Shown here: positions 1 through 12,800 of the stretch, piece after piece
How positions within the stretch are numbered: position 1 is the stretch's first letter
Layout: every line of letters begins with the position of its first letter
Assembly: GCA_003971905.1 (NCBI GenBank)
Contig: RSEE01000010.1
Span: 248,001 to 312,000 of the forward strand
Direction of reading: 5' to 3'
DNA: 64,000 nt
From: Moniliella sp. 'wahieum'
Lineage: Eukaryota
Notes under the pieces: model-generated
Seen by the model: only the letters and a program-made list of their open reading frames with translations
What the model was told of the DNA's origin: nothing
The model's database searches: none
Translations under genes and position numbers: made by a program

Positions 1-378
1 GTTGTGCTCCGCCCTGACATTTTGCGTGACCACCAAGAGTACGTCAAGAAGCAAACGGGCTCTACCAAGGAGAACCCTGTCTTCCTTGTCTTCCACGGCG
101 GCTCGGGCTCCACCAAGGAGGAGATCCACACGGCCGTCAAAATGGAGTGGTCAAGATGAACGTGGACACGGACACGCAGTATGCGTACCTCGAAGGCATC
201 CGCGACTATGTGAACAAGAAGAAGGACTACCTTTCGCAGCAGGTTGGCAACCCCGAGGGGCCCGACAAGCCCAACAAGAAGTACTATGACCCGCGTGTGG
301 GTGCGCGAGGGTGAGAAGACCATGTCGAAGCGTGTGACTGAGGCGTTCGAGGACCTTGGTACGGTCAACCAGCTCTAA
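1..378 (+). CDS. FBA1: Class II fructose-bisphosphate aldolase, 3' part (runs off window start; apparent indels)
   Basis: Manual translation across frames gives LVFHGGSGS..NGVVKMNVDTDTQYAYLEGIRDY..QVGNPEGPDKPNKKYYDPRVWVREGEKTMSKRV..., the typical fungal Fba1 C-terminus; stop TAA at 376-378. Confidence 0.95.
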
Positions 379-1545
379 GGTGCGATTCATTGGCAATGGC
401 CTGTGACATGTGACATGTGACACATGACATGTGATCGTGCCGTGGGTCGTCTTGCCCGTGTTACCAAGGCCCCCTAGCTCAATGCATGCATCTCTCAATT
501 GTCCTTTGTTGCTCAACTCACCCCCTGGACGGGAACGTCATCTTCGACGTTTAAATAGGCCATAGGGCAACCCTTGCTGGTTGAGCGGGCCCACTGGCCA
601 GTCAAAACTCACTCAGAACACAGAACTTCAGGGGCCGCGGCTTGCGCTTTAAGCTTAACCGGTAACCGGTAACCATTGACCAGCTTGACCGGCCGTTGAA
701 ATACATGTAGGGCCTATACGCTTAGGACGGGAACGCCTCGCCCTTAAACTCTTAAATTGCTTGCACTTCCCCTCTGCACGGAACGGAACGCATGAACGTC
801 CTGAACGCACGGCACGAGCGCCGCCGATGGTGTGTGCTTCCATGCGGATATCAGGGTTGATCATTGATCAGGAGTTGGGTTGTTACATGTTACAAGCTGA
901 GACCCGAGGCTCGGGCCCGAAGACACGAGTTGTTTCGATGAGCCCTCTCCGCAACCGCTTGCGTGTAATGTGTAACGTGTACGGGACACAAAACGTATCT
1001 CAGATCTCAAGTCTACAGCGGGCGATGCTCGATGCAGTCTTTGGCAAATCAAAACGTATCCTGGCAGTGGCACGACGAGAGGGAAGATCGGTGATCCGTG
1101 ATCCGTGATCCGTGATCAATGATCAGTGATCGATAATGAGATCCTGCTTAGGCAGAGAGGAGGGCAACGACAAAAAGACAGAGACAACAAGAGCACAAAG
1201 CCACCACACAGCACACACCACACAGCAAGGGATGGTCTGCCAACGACCGAGGGCAGGGTGCGCCACGACTGGTAAGAGGTTGGAACGTGTCAGGGCGAGG
1301 GCGAGCGATAAGGAAGACAGAGCAGGTATCAGATCGCAGATCGCAGGGGGCACACAGGACCGGCACTTCTGGCACGACGACGCACGACGCACGACGCACG
1401 ACGCGGACGCGGGACGAGGCAAGGTACGCAAGGTACCGAGACCAAGCAAGATAACTGGTACCTGGTGCCCGGTACCTGGTAACTGGTAAGGTAAGGCGCA
1501 AGGCGGGATGGCAGGGCAAGACGCAAGACGCACGCAGCCAATCGA

Positions 1546-4500
1546 TTATACGCGGGAAGCTTGGGGTGGTTTGTGGATCGATTCTGGGGCCGGATGGTCG
1601 CGTAACCGATGAGCAAACTTAGCTTTAGCCTTGAGCTGCAGGCGCATCGGGACTGCTTGCGCTTGCGCTTGCATTTCCATCTCGTCCTTCTCCACAGCGA
1701 CGACGCTCGAGGTGGAAGGGGTGGGACTGGATGCGATGATGGGGCTCGAGGAAACGCTGGGTTGAGGCTCGGTACTTCCAGTCAGGGGTACGGGTACGGG
1801 TTCGGGGACAAGTTCTTCGTCAATGTCGCGAATCGCAGGCCAGGTAGTTAGCTTGGGCTCGGAGCTGGGTGATGCTGTGGGTACCGGGTCCGAGGTAGCC
1901 AGTACTTCGCTCACGTCCTCGTCCGATTCCGGCCGCAAAAGCGCATGCGTCTCAAGTGCGCGCGGGATAATCGGACCAAGGTCAATGTCCGATTCGGGTT
2001 CGTCCAAGTCGGACGCATCGGAACCGTCATCGGCCGTATCATCCCCATTCCTCCTCCTCCTCCAACGCGTCGTGCAAGTCCCATGGCCACACTGCACCAG
2101 CGAGAAGCGCAGATCGTGTCGCTGCCTCGTCCGTTTCCGTCGCCGGGACAGGAGGAGCAGACGCAGGCGCCTTAAACCAGGCGACAACGCCAATAAACTT
2201 GTACAAGTTGCGTGAGGGTGTCCGCAGCGTTTCGGTTCGCAATGCTTTCAGTCGATCCTTAGTCTCCTTTGCGCGTCGCGCCAACGACTCCCCCGCCATC
2301 GGCTCGGAACCAGGAGGACGCAGAGCAACCGAACTGGCCATCGGCAGCGTCGTGACCCCGATTCGTTGGCAGCGCAGCTCTACATCCGAGAACTTGACGC
2401 TCCATATGTCCCGCTTACTACCCAACGTGGGTGTCTTGCCCGCCCCACTATCAGACGTCAAGAAGGAGCCCAATAGACCTTGACCCAACGCAGAGAGAAT
2501 GCCTCCACCGCTCGAAGACGGGGCAGAGGGACCTGGGAGACTGTCTTCCCTCGTGCGCAAGACACCAGGCACAGGATGATCGAGCAGATCAGACAAGCGC
2601 CGGAAGGAGCGCTTGGTCTTGATCGTTGATCGTAACTGGGTTTGTAAGCTGCTCGTGGCCGTAGTGGAGCTGGAGGGAGAAGGGATTGGATTGGAGTCGG
2701 GCCGGGGTGGAACGGCAGATGTGGAGGATGCGGTGGACTCGGTCCGGGAAGAATGATAAACGGGGGTCTCAGTAACCAACGTCCGCGTTTGAGACGGCTT
2801 GAGCAGCTTGCGGTCCGTGATGCCCTCGATCCGGGCCATGGCATCCAATGTGGCATCCAACGCGTCGGCCGAAACTTTTTGGGCTTGGACCTTACGCACC
2901 AGAGCCTCAATGCCAGCAACCATGTCGACCGTCGCTTCAAACTCGGAAGTGCTGGGGTCGGTTTGAAAAAGTAGATTTTGAGCCAAAAAGGGTATTTGAG
3001 CAAGCGTTGTAACGGTCGAGCCAGCGCAACCGAGAGACTAGGCACGGTACTAGAAGAGATCCCGTTGGGACTGCCAGGAACAGCGGCCCGACGTGAATCC
3101 GACGCAGCGCCTTCCAGCTTTGCTACCGCCCGACCCAACAGTACGGTATCTGCCAACGCTTGGGCTTCCTTGCGGAGAGTCTTGCCCCGTAACGCACGAG
3201 CCATTAGGCGCGCTTCGTCGAGCTGGGTCAGGGCAGCGCCAAGGGAGGCGGCGTAGGTGGCGTAGGCGTCCAAGAGGGCGTGGGCATGTGAGGCAACACA
3301 TCGGCTAAAGAGCGAACAAGGGGGTACTGTGATTCATACCGTTGTCGCAACGCATTGGCAAGGGACGTATGCACAGCCACCAGTCCCTCTGGTCCAGAGA
3401 TGGCTTCCAGTACAGATCGCACTGCAGGTGGCAGGGGCACGGCAATACCCAGTTCGAATGGGTCCTTGGGTGCCCGTGCTTGGGATGAGCGGCCTGCAAG
3501 TTTTTTGGGCTCGGTTTTGTCATTGGAGGTAGCAGATCCTGCCGATTTTCGACCGAAAAGGCGTTTTCCACTGGGGGCGGAAGTCGTTTGGGACTGGGAC
3601 TGGGCTGAGGTTCCTTCGGGGGTGAGGAAGCATGCTGGAGCTGGGTGAAGCGACGAGGATGAAGAAGAAAGAGAATGTACATGTCCTGGGCACGAAGAAG
3701 TTCGTCGACGTGCCTGAAGAAGAGCAAATATACCGATCAGTACATTGGGTCATGGCAGGCACACACTGCGGAGGGGGGAGGGGGGCTTAAAAACGTACCG
3801 CTGTTCACTTGCAACAATTTCCCAGAGCACTTCTTGCCGCGTTCGTTCGCGCGTGCCGATGTTCATGACAAGTTCGGCGTTGGTGATATTGGCCCATGTA
3901 GCACCCATTGAGGGAGCGCCCGTATCGGAGAAAAGGCCAAAGGGGGAAGTCGAATTCATGGTGGCCAGTGTGGTAGTGCTGGGAGCCAAAGAGCCAACCA
4001 AACTGGATGCACTGCGACGTGCACTGGGAAGGCCGCCTAGGCCACCAGTGGCGGAGGAATGGGGGCCGGAAGAAGGCGGTGTCTGGGCATGATCAGGAGT
4101 CGAGAGCCTTCTTCGGGTGGGAGGCGGTGGGTGTGGGGGGAATATGGGGTGGCTCGTAGCGTGTGCCGGAGGCCGGCGCGGAGAGAGAGAGGGAGGGGAG
4201 TAAGATGGAGGTGAAGCGACAAAGGGGACAGTGTTGGTGTCATTGACCTGTTTCGCGCGTGCATGCGAAGGAGCCGGTGGAGGTACAGAGCGAGGGCCTG
4301 TACGGCTGGCATCGGAAGGGGAGGAAAGCACGGTGGTGGGCGCTGAGGAAGGGCGACAGATGCGCGTGTGAAGGGGGCGGATCAGCGGGTGTGGATGGAG
4401 CTGGAGGCGCTGGGGCTGGAGACGCTGGAGCAGAAGCGGGGAGTGAAGCGGGTGGATGAGAGGGTGTTGCTGAAGCTGGAGGCGCTGGAGCAGAAGCAGG

Positions 4501-4781
4501 AGCGGGTGCAGAGGGGGGCGGCGATGGTGGCAGGAGTGGCAGGGAGGACACAGGCGTTGGGGCGGGAAGGTGGGGGGTGCGGGGCGCAGCAGCGGGGAGC
4601 GGGGCCGGTGCTGGGGTGGAGGTCCATGCACCGGGGAGGGGTGGGTCGTCTGGTCGTCTGGGTCGTGAAAGGCAAGGCCGGCAGGGGCGGGTGGATGGGA
4701 GGGGGCGGCGGCAGGCGTGGCGGGAGGCTTGTCGTGTTGCTTGTCGGAGGGGCCGCTGAAGCGCGCCCACAGACGGCGCAT
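1546..4781 (-). CDS. Dbl-homology (RhoGEF) domain protein with Pro/Ser-rich N-terminus; split by an intron and frameshifts
   Basis: DH helix 1 ERTRQEVLWEIVASEQR|HVDELL..LLHP is joined across a GTACGT..CAG intron (3714-3798). The DH C-terminal motif LARPLQRLLKYP..LLFQTDPSTSEFE follows, then a PH-like segment and an acidic tail. Assembled from ORFs 3750-4781, 3305-3727, 3228-3440, 2458-3273, 2039-2986 and 1546-2193. Confidence 0.8.
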
Positions 4782-4822
4782 GGTGGTGGTGGTGTGGTGG
4801 TGGTGGTGGTGGTGGTGGTGGT
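4781..4822. repeat. (GGT)n / (ACC)n microsatellite immediately upstream of the RhoGEF start
   Basis: Directly visible imperfect trinucleotide run. Confidence 0.9.
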
Positions 4823-5331
4823 GCGCGTGCGGCCTGCTGGCGGCGAGAAGCGGGCGGCGGTGTGCCGAGGGTTAGCGCGCCGACGCAGCCCAGGCGCCCC
4901 TTGCCGCTGCGGCAGGCGGCCGGCGCGTCGCTTGAAGCTTGAAGCTGCAAGGATCAAGCTCCAGTCGCTTCAATCGCGATCGGCGCCCAGCAGCCCAGCA
5001 CAGGCGAGCATGCAGCCTGCATGCTGCTTGCGCCGGACGTTGGCCGCACAGCTTACCGCCCCTTGCTGCACCCTCGCCGTGTCACATGTCACAGCCCTCG
5101 CCCCAGCGCACCCACATGGGCGCTTAGCTCAGCAGCCACCGCCCCCCACCGCCCACCCACCACCGCATCACCTGTGGCATGTGGCATGCCCGCCCGCGTC
5201 CCAGCGCGGAATCCGTCGCGGAATTGCTGTCTCCCTGGCGCCGCCTCGCCGCCCCTCCACTGGCCTGCCCTCCACGCCCCTCGCAGCCGCCTCCGACATC
5301 GTGCCCGCCGCCCCGCCCACCACCACCACCA

Positions 5332-6073
5332 ATGCCACCCGCACCGCCAGCGTCTGACGCACGCGCCGAGCGTAAGCTTCCCGTTCCTCTCTCTGTGCCG
5401 TGTGCCATCCTAACCGGTTGTTCTTCCGTCCCTCAGCAGCGCCTGCGTCCGCCGCGCCTGCCCCCGCCCCCGCTCCTGCCCCATCCGAATACGTACCCCG
5501 CATCAACCTCTCCACCTGGCCCAAAGACCAACTCGCGTCCTACCTCAAGGCATACGGCCTTGCACCCGACTGGCCCCCTCCTCTCGTCGGAGTCAGCGCG
5601 CGGCCGCATCCCCATGCGGTCATCACCGATGCCCAGAGAGACCTCGCCTTGGTACGTCAAGCCCAAGAGGCGCCCCAAGCACAGCACGCACACCCGACCT
5701 CGGAGGAGCGTCCGCCCTCCAGTCCCCAGGCCAAACGTCGTCACTCCTCCGTCGAGGACGATGAGGCACTGGCGCGGGCTCTGAGTGGCGGAGTGGGCTC
5801 GCGCGCTGCGGCCACAGCAGCTACCAAACGCATCAAGGAGGGCATCCAACTTCCCGAACCCACTCCGTTGACTGCCAAGCCGCCGCCACGTCCCACCGAC
5901 CAAGGCGATGTGAGGGTGAGCGAGCTGAATGAAGCTACGGAACATGAGCGTCTCTCCCATTTGGCCAACAGGCATTTCTCTGAAATGGCTGCCCCAAGGA
6001 GGGTGAAGTGGTGGTCCACTTTCTCTACAAGTGTCGTACACGCGGCCAAGTTCTTCGCATCCCAAGTCCGTGA
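5332..6073 (+). CDS. SAP30-like protein (Sin3-binding domain), histone deacetylase complex subunit
   Basis: ATG at 5332, intron GTAAGC..CCTAAC..CAG at about 5372-5437. The C-terminus, read across one frameshift, is LSHLANRHFSEMAAP-EGEVVVHFLYKCRTRG, matching the SAP30 Sin3-binding pattern (HF..E..V...F.Y). Confidence 0.6.
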
Positions 6074-7376
6074 TGCATGCGTCGTGCTCCTTAGCTTGAC
6101 CTCCAAGTCGCAGATCCTATATCGGTCATCATGCATCGCATGCATGCGGCATGCTCGCCTGCTGTTCCTCCTCCCTCTCCCCCTCCCCCTCTCCCTCTCC
6201 CTCTCCCATTTGAGAAGGCAAATGTGTGTTTGTATCTAATCTGTACGTCCACGAACAAAAAGAAAATAAGCTCCCACCAGTTGTGTGTGTCTGGCGGTGA
6301 AAGGATGTGAAAGGAGGTAGCCGCCTGCCGCTGGGTCACGTCCTTCTGCCCGATAAGATCGAGAAGGCCCCATTTCCTTGTCCCGATGTCGCACGCTCTG
6401 CACGTGCCCCCTCTCTGGAACGGGTAGAAATCCATGTGCGCGACCAGACTGTCATGCATGTCATCACTATTGCATCGGAATCGGAATCTGAATATGCATA
6501 CGACCAGCCCAGCCGCACGTGGGGGGGCACTAGGGCGGCCGAAGGGGAAGGCGCTGAGGCTGGGGCGGCTGGGGAGGCCGGCAATGTGGAGATGGCAGAC
6601 AGAACCTGACTGAGATGCGCGACATACTTACTGATGGGGCGGAGTGTCGCGCTTGATATTGATCTGCTGTTGGGTGCGTGCAAAATGGGAACGTGGGGAG
6701 AGCGGACACTGCCTCTGTGCGTGGGATCGTTGAAAGGACGGGCGGCAAGCGGTATTTCTCCTCCGAGGACAGCACGAGCCCTGAGGCCTCAGGGCCTCAC
6801 AGGCCTCATCCGACCAGAACGCCTCTCGGCACTTTTGAGATCTGCCACGAGCGCCACCACTACCGCCACAGTGCCCACGTCGAACGTCGAACGTGGGTTG
6901 TGTCTTGGGCGTCAAGCTCTCTGCCAGTGGACACCCTCGCTGCAGTTACTAGTTACTAGTTATCGTATCTCAGATCGCATGGCCCGTGCACACGTTTCTT
7001 CTCGCTACCGGCTCCACCCGCTACCCGGCTGTTGTCCGCACGCGCAACCGAGACGCAGTGGTCCTTGCTGCATGTACCACAGCCCGTCGACAGGGGTCCT
7101 GCCCCATTGGTTTGCATCACAGACGGGCGGATAGGCGTGGTAGGTGGGGGGATACGAAGGTAGAGGCGTGCGTGGCTGTGAAACATGCGTACGATCCCCT
7201 CCCCACTCTTTCCTGCTTCGTCTTGCCGGCCCGCACACCGGAAGAGTCAACGGCAAGGTTCTCCATGCCAATGCAATGACCACGTGCTGGGCCTTTGATC
7301 CCACTTAAAGTCCATCCCCTCGTCCTCATGCCAGCCTTGACCGTCCTCTGTTCTCGCCTCTAACCCCATCAGCACG

Positions 7377-9825
7377 ATGGGTACCAAGATGTTCGATTGG
7401 CGAGCAGTCCAGGCGGCTGCACCGCGCTACGCTGCCCATCTGAGTGAGCGTGTTGGCGGGGCAGCTGCGATTATCCTAGCCTGGCTGGCGCTCTGTGCAG
7501 CCCTGATTCTGCTCTCGTCGCGGGTGCGGGCGGTGGTACTATTTGCGTGGGGGTGCTTCCTACGTCCGTTGGGCAAGACCAACACCCAAGCCGAACGACT
7601 CGACCGGTTTTACGCTACCCAAGCCAATGTGTACGACATGACTCGTTCCCGCCTTTTGCGGACGCAAGACATGCTTCAGCTTACCGCGCAGTAATCTGCT
7701 GGACATGCGCCGTCAGCACCCCAACAAGCCCCTGGTTTGGATCGATAGGCGGAGGCACCGGATGGAACATTGAGCAGATGTCCGAGTACATGGATCTGTC
7801 CCAACTCGAAGCCATCTACCTGATTGATCTTTGTGAGCCATTGCTGGACGTGGCTCGCGCCCGGTTCCACGCGCGAGGATGGAAGAATGTGCATGTTCTT
7901 TGCCAAGATGCCGCGTCGTTTTCCGTTCCGGGTATGGCGTTGGGAGACGCGGCTGGTATCAAGGCCGACCTGGTGACGATGAGTTACTCTCTCTCGATGA
8001 TTCCTCCGTTCTATGCTACCCTGGATCGGGTAGATTCCATTCTTGATCCCGAGACGGGCATGGTGGCAGTTTGTGACTTTTATGCTGCGCCTCCGTCCAA
8101 GTCGGACAAGGGACGCGGGTGTCACCCGTTGGTGCGCTGGTTCTGGACATGGTGGTTCTCGTGGGACCATGTGGACCTTCACCCGGCACGAAGAGACTAC
8201 CTCGAGCATCGATTCGGAACAATCAAGTGCTTCAACGGACGTAACCACTTCCTCGTCCCTGGTTTGATCCAAATGTGAGTGGTATAATCGTACAAGTGTC
8301 CCATCTTATGCTTTTATTGTCCAGAGTACTAACTTGCTCTCGTTCCCACCAGCCCGTATTACATTTGGCTCGGTTGCTCCCGTCTGCGCGATACCAGCGA
8401 GGCAGTGCAAGCGTTCGAGGTAGAATGTGGCAACCGCACTGTCGTACCTCCTTCGTTCCCCGAACTAGCATGGAACGAATTGAACCAACCAGTTGCATCG
8501 GGCGCTTCTGTGGCGAGCACCAGCTCGCGGGGCAAGGTGGCTGGAGTGCCCTATCCGGCATCTTCGTTCCACTTTCAAAAGCATGTGTGGCGGGTCCCCT
8601 TTATCGATACGGCGTTTACCGATCTGTTCCGAACGTGGGTGTATGGATTTGTATGGGAGGATCCGTCGGTGGACATGCGGCTGTGTGGAATTGGTCCGAA
8701 AGACACCGTTTTGTGCATCACCTCGGCTGGGGACAATGCACTACATTATGCGATCGAGGGCAAGCCGCAACGGATCCATGCGGTGGATATGAATGCTTGC
8801 CAGGGACATATTCTTGAGCTCAAGCTTGCCATGGCTGCTGCCAAGATCAGTCATGAGCAGGTGTGGACGCTGTTTGGGCAAGGCCAAGCGTCTGCCCGTT
8901 CGGGACCGGGCAGTTTCCGGCACTTGTTGGACACGCAACTGGCACTCCACCTCTCATCGCATGCCTATCAGTTCTGGCGCAACCAAACCACCGTCTTTGA
9001 CCGCAACTTTTACTTCCGTGGCTATTCGGGCCATGCGCTACGCTTGGCCAAGATTGCATTTAGCGCCATTGGGGTCGGAAAGGATGTGAAGAAGATGTTG
9101 CCGCTCGCCCTCGATCCAAGAGCAAGGTCGTCTATGGACCAAGCGCGTCCGCTTGCTTGCACACCCTCCTCACCCACCCGCCTCGCACTGGCCAATCCCG
9201 CCTTCTTGTGGAACGCACTAGGAGTGCCCCGCAACCAACTTGCCTGTCTCACTGCCGACGGTACCAGTGTAGCCCAATTTGCCTCTGACACCCTCGACCC
9301 GGTCGCGTGCAAGACCAGCTTGGCTACCGACAACTACCATTACCATCTCTGCTTGGCGGGGAGATACAGCGAACAAGCAGCTCCTCTTTATCTTCGCCCG
9401 GAAGGGTGGGCAGCGCTGTGCGAACCGGGGGCGCTGGACGCGTTCCGCCTGCACACGGACGCGATCGTCACGGTTCTCCGTGGTTTGCCCGATGGGCACT
9501 TGACGCGGGCCATCCTCATGGATCACTTGGACTGGTTCCCTGTGATTGCGGCGGAGCGGCCAGCGCCGACGCTAGCCCAGGCCAGGGACGAGACCGACAC
9601 GTCGTTGGCGAAGCTGACCGGGAAATTGTCGAGCTGTTCCGGGCGGTTGCACCTGGTGGTAGGGTATTCTGGCGCTCGGCGGGTAAGTACCCGTGGTACT
9701 CGCACCGCTTTGAACGCGCTGGGTTTGTCAATGTCAAGCCATTGCAGATCCGCGAGTCGGGCAAGGTGATTGACAACGTCAACATGTACGCTTCCTTTTG
9801 GGAAGCCACCAAGCCGGCCGCCTGA
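7377..9825 (+). CDS. BTA1: Betaine lipid (DGTS) synthase, fused methyltransferase + DUF3419 (BtaB/BtaA-like)
   Basis: N-terminal TM segment, LDRFYATQANVYDMTR, IGGGTGWNIE, IDLCEPLL, VTMSYSLSMIP, YGFVWEDP, LCITSAGDNALHY, LMDHLDWF, GGRVFWRSA, DNVNMYASFW. Intron GTGAGT..CTAAC..CAG at about 8276-8352; several frameshifts. Confidence 0.92.
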
Positions 9826-12800
9826 TCACCTCTTTTTGCCAATTTCGGCCCACAAGAGTGCTAGTGACTTCATCGGGCCAGTCCTCTCCTGTCGAAGGGA
9901 CCTGGAGCGTTGACCGACCGAAGACCCCCCCCTCCCCCTTCCCTCCCGTATACGCGCCAATTAACCCACACACATAGCAATGCCTTTGCTAAATCTGCCA
10001 TAGTAGGACTGTGCTGGCAATTATACAGTCGATGTTTATATCGCGTATTAGACCGTCGCGGGTGCATGCCAGATGAGACCTGTGCTGAATGGCGACCTGC
10101 TTGCGACATGGAGAGGTGTATAAATATAACCCCCAATCCTGATCCCCCCCCCCCCCCCGCGTTTCCATTGCTGGAATAATGGCACCATATCCCTCGTCCT
10201 CAGCAAACACAGTCAAGCATCTGTGGGGAGTGCAGTCCAACGCCAATAAGTACACCAGTTCAAGATGTCCAATAAGTAAGGAGAACCCCACCAAACTATA
10301 TTTTCCTGCCACCAATATCCCCAACCTGAAGCTTATTGGGGCTATTATGTACTCCTCGCGCTGGTGAGCCTCAGCACGCCGCACACGCCTCTGCAAAATC
10401 ACGGTTTGGACGATCTATATTTCTGTTGTGCTGTCAGCGTCATCACGCATGCCGCTGATCGATCTGATCCCACACACGCCTCGCGCCTCGCCCTGTTCTA
10501 CCCGACTCTCCCCTATGTTCTGCCCCCCAACGGGCTCCTCTCTTGGAATAGACTCATCGTCTTCTCTCTCTCTCCTCTCTCTCTCCTTCTCTCTTTCACA
10601 CAAGTGTGCTCTTATTCTTTCTCTCCGAGCAGCTCTTTTCAGAGCTTCGCATACGCCCCAGGCAGCAGAAACAGAAAATAGAGAGAAGAGGCCAGGGGAA
10701 AACCCAGACATGAGAAGGAATCTCGGTCGTGTCGGAAAAGGAGATGGGAATGCGAGGTTGAAGCTTAAGCTTGAGCTTAAGCGTGAGCTTGAGGTTGAGC
10801 TTGAGCTTGAAAAAGTAACGCCAATTTTACTCGCCCCTGCCATGCATGGGACATGTACACAAACACACTGTCTCGGGGCTCTGCCAGCTGGGATGCATGG
10901 GAGGTGGCATGTGCGTGACACGCACGCTCTGAGACACGAGATTCGGAGGGAGCCTGCGCTGTGCAGCCGGGGGCAGCCTGTCGGGCGTGCCGCGTGGTGC
11001 AGGGAGCCCCTGGGCCGGTGGACTGCACCAGACTGACCGGTGACCACGTACTCAGTCTGAACCCTACCCCGCTGCAGAGCGCTGGCGCCGGCGGAACATC
11101 TGCGTCCGACAAGGCGTGCATAGCCTGTGCTGTGCAACGCAGCTTCAACATTGCAAGTCACGTCACGCGTCACATGTCACAGCCTGGCGGCGACGGCAAG
11201 CGTGTACACTTAAAGTGCACCCTACCCGATGCATGACTCCATCCTGAGGCCTGACACTGCGTACTACTCAGTGAGTTACTCATGCCACATGCCACTTGTC
11301 TCACCTGCCACATCCCATCCAGTACTCAGTACTCAGTAGCTGTTGTCGTACGTATGTATTTCTGTCGTATCAATATCATCAATCATCTGCGGGGAGCGGT
11401 GCGAAAGGTTGGTTTTGTTGTTGCGTTGACTCACCTCCTTGTTCTCAGCACTGCCTCGACCTCCAACAGCCTGCAAGGGTGGTAATTGGGAAAGTCGGCC
11501 GGGCCAGCAAGGGGCCAGACAGACACGAAGAACAGCAATGCTTATATTGACCCCAAATCATTCTGGGAAGGATTTTCCATTCTTTGTGTAATGGGAAAGA
11601 GAAGGAGAGGGAAAGGTCCACACTTGTTTTCTTGTCATGCTTTTTTATTCTGTCCAGTTGATACAGTTGCTACATGCCGAGACTGTACATATGATGTGGG
11701 CATGGACAGCAGAGGGTGTTACAAATTGTAGGAGAATCGATTTCACAGGCATCATTAATTGATGATCTGAATGATAGTTCCGTTCCCCCCCTCAAAACGT
11801 GTTCGGTCCCGCAGGCCTTCAACAAGCTTCAAGTTTCGCAGGCCTTGCGGGTTGAGATCAACGCTGAGATCTGAGAAGCCCCACTAGAGCCTCTGAAGAT
11901 ACGCACAGCAGATGGGGCACTGGTTGAACCCATGACAAATGTAGATCGCTATCCTGCTATAGCGCCCGCCATCATCATAACTTTCCAGAGGGTCATCATG
12001 CATCACACAAGTGGAGCTACTAACATTTGAGAAGCTAAATGCAGCTGTGACATGTGACAACAAGCAGCTGGGGTTGTAACAGATTTAACGGTGCCCGAAG
12101 AGAAGAGGTTGCTGTGTTGTTGACGCGCAGAGATCGAGCATTTGGCGGGGCTATTCTTATTAGAGTGAGGCCTGAGGGCTCCCTTGACATTCGTGAGCGC
12201 TCAGGCTGACCGGCTCAGCAGCTCAGCCTACTTGTATCTCGTGTAACATGCAAACGGCAATTATGCACGATGCATTTTGGGGCATTGGGCTTGTTGTTGC
12301 CGGTGGCGCAGAGGGACTGACAGGGACTGGCGGGAAGCAGAAGACAAACATGCATCCGTGAGGCACCTGTCAAAAAAGTGGTCTGGGGCAAATTGCATGG
12401 CAGCGGTGTTTCCTGCACAGCCCGGGCAGGGCCTGGCAGGGCCCAGGCTGGCTCAGGCGCTAAGGCGCTCAGGGTGAACCGTGAGCGTGATGCATGATGC
12501 ATGATGGCCACACCTGGCAGCTAGTAAACAAGATTGGTCGTACGCCGTACCGGTGACGCGCGACGCGTGACAGGTAACAAAACAGGGTGATAACTGCATG
12601 TTGTCTGAGACTAAGACCCAAGGCCAAAGATCTAAGAAAAGGCATGTCACGGGTCAGTCACCGATCGCACTGACCGAACGAGAAAGGCACAATTTGCAGT
12701 AAGAGTGCCCCTGTGCCCCAGCCTGAGGTCAGACGGGCAAACGTGGCGCCAAACACCCAGGAACACGCAGCAATAGCTGAGTTGCTGCTATTCTGATTCC

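Noticed and set aside
6230..6780. Possible small minus-strand gene between SAP30-like and BTA1
   Set aside because: Only short ORF fragments; the candidate intron is about 26 nt and no domain was recognised.
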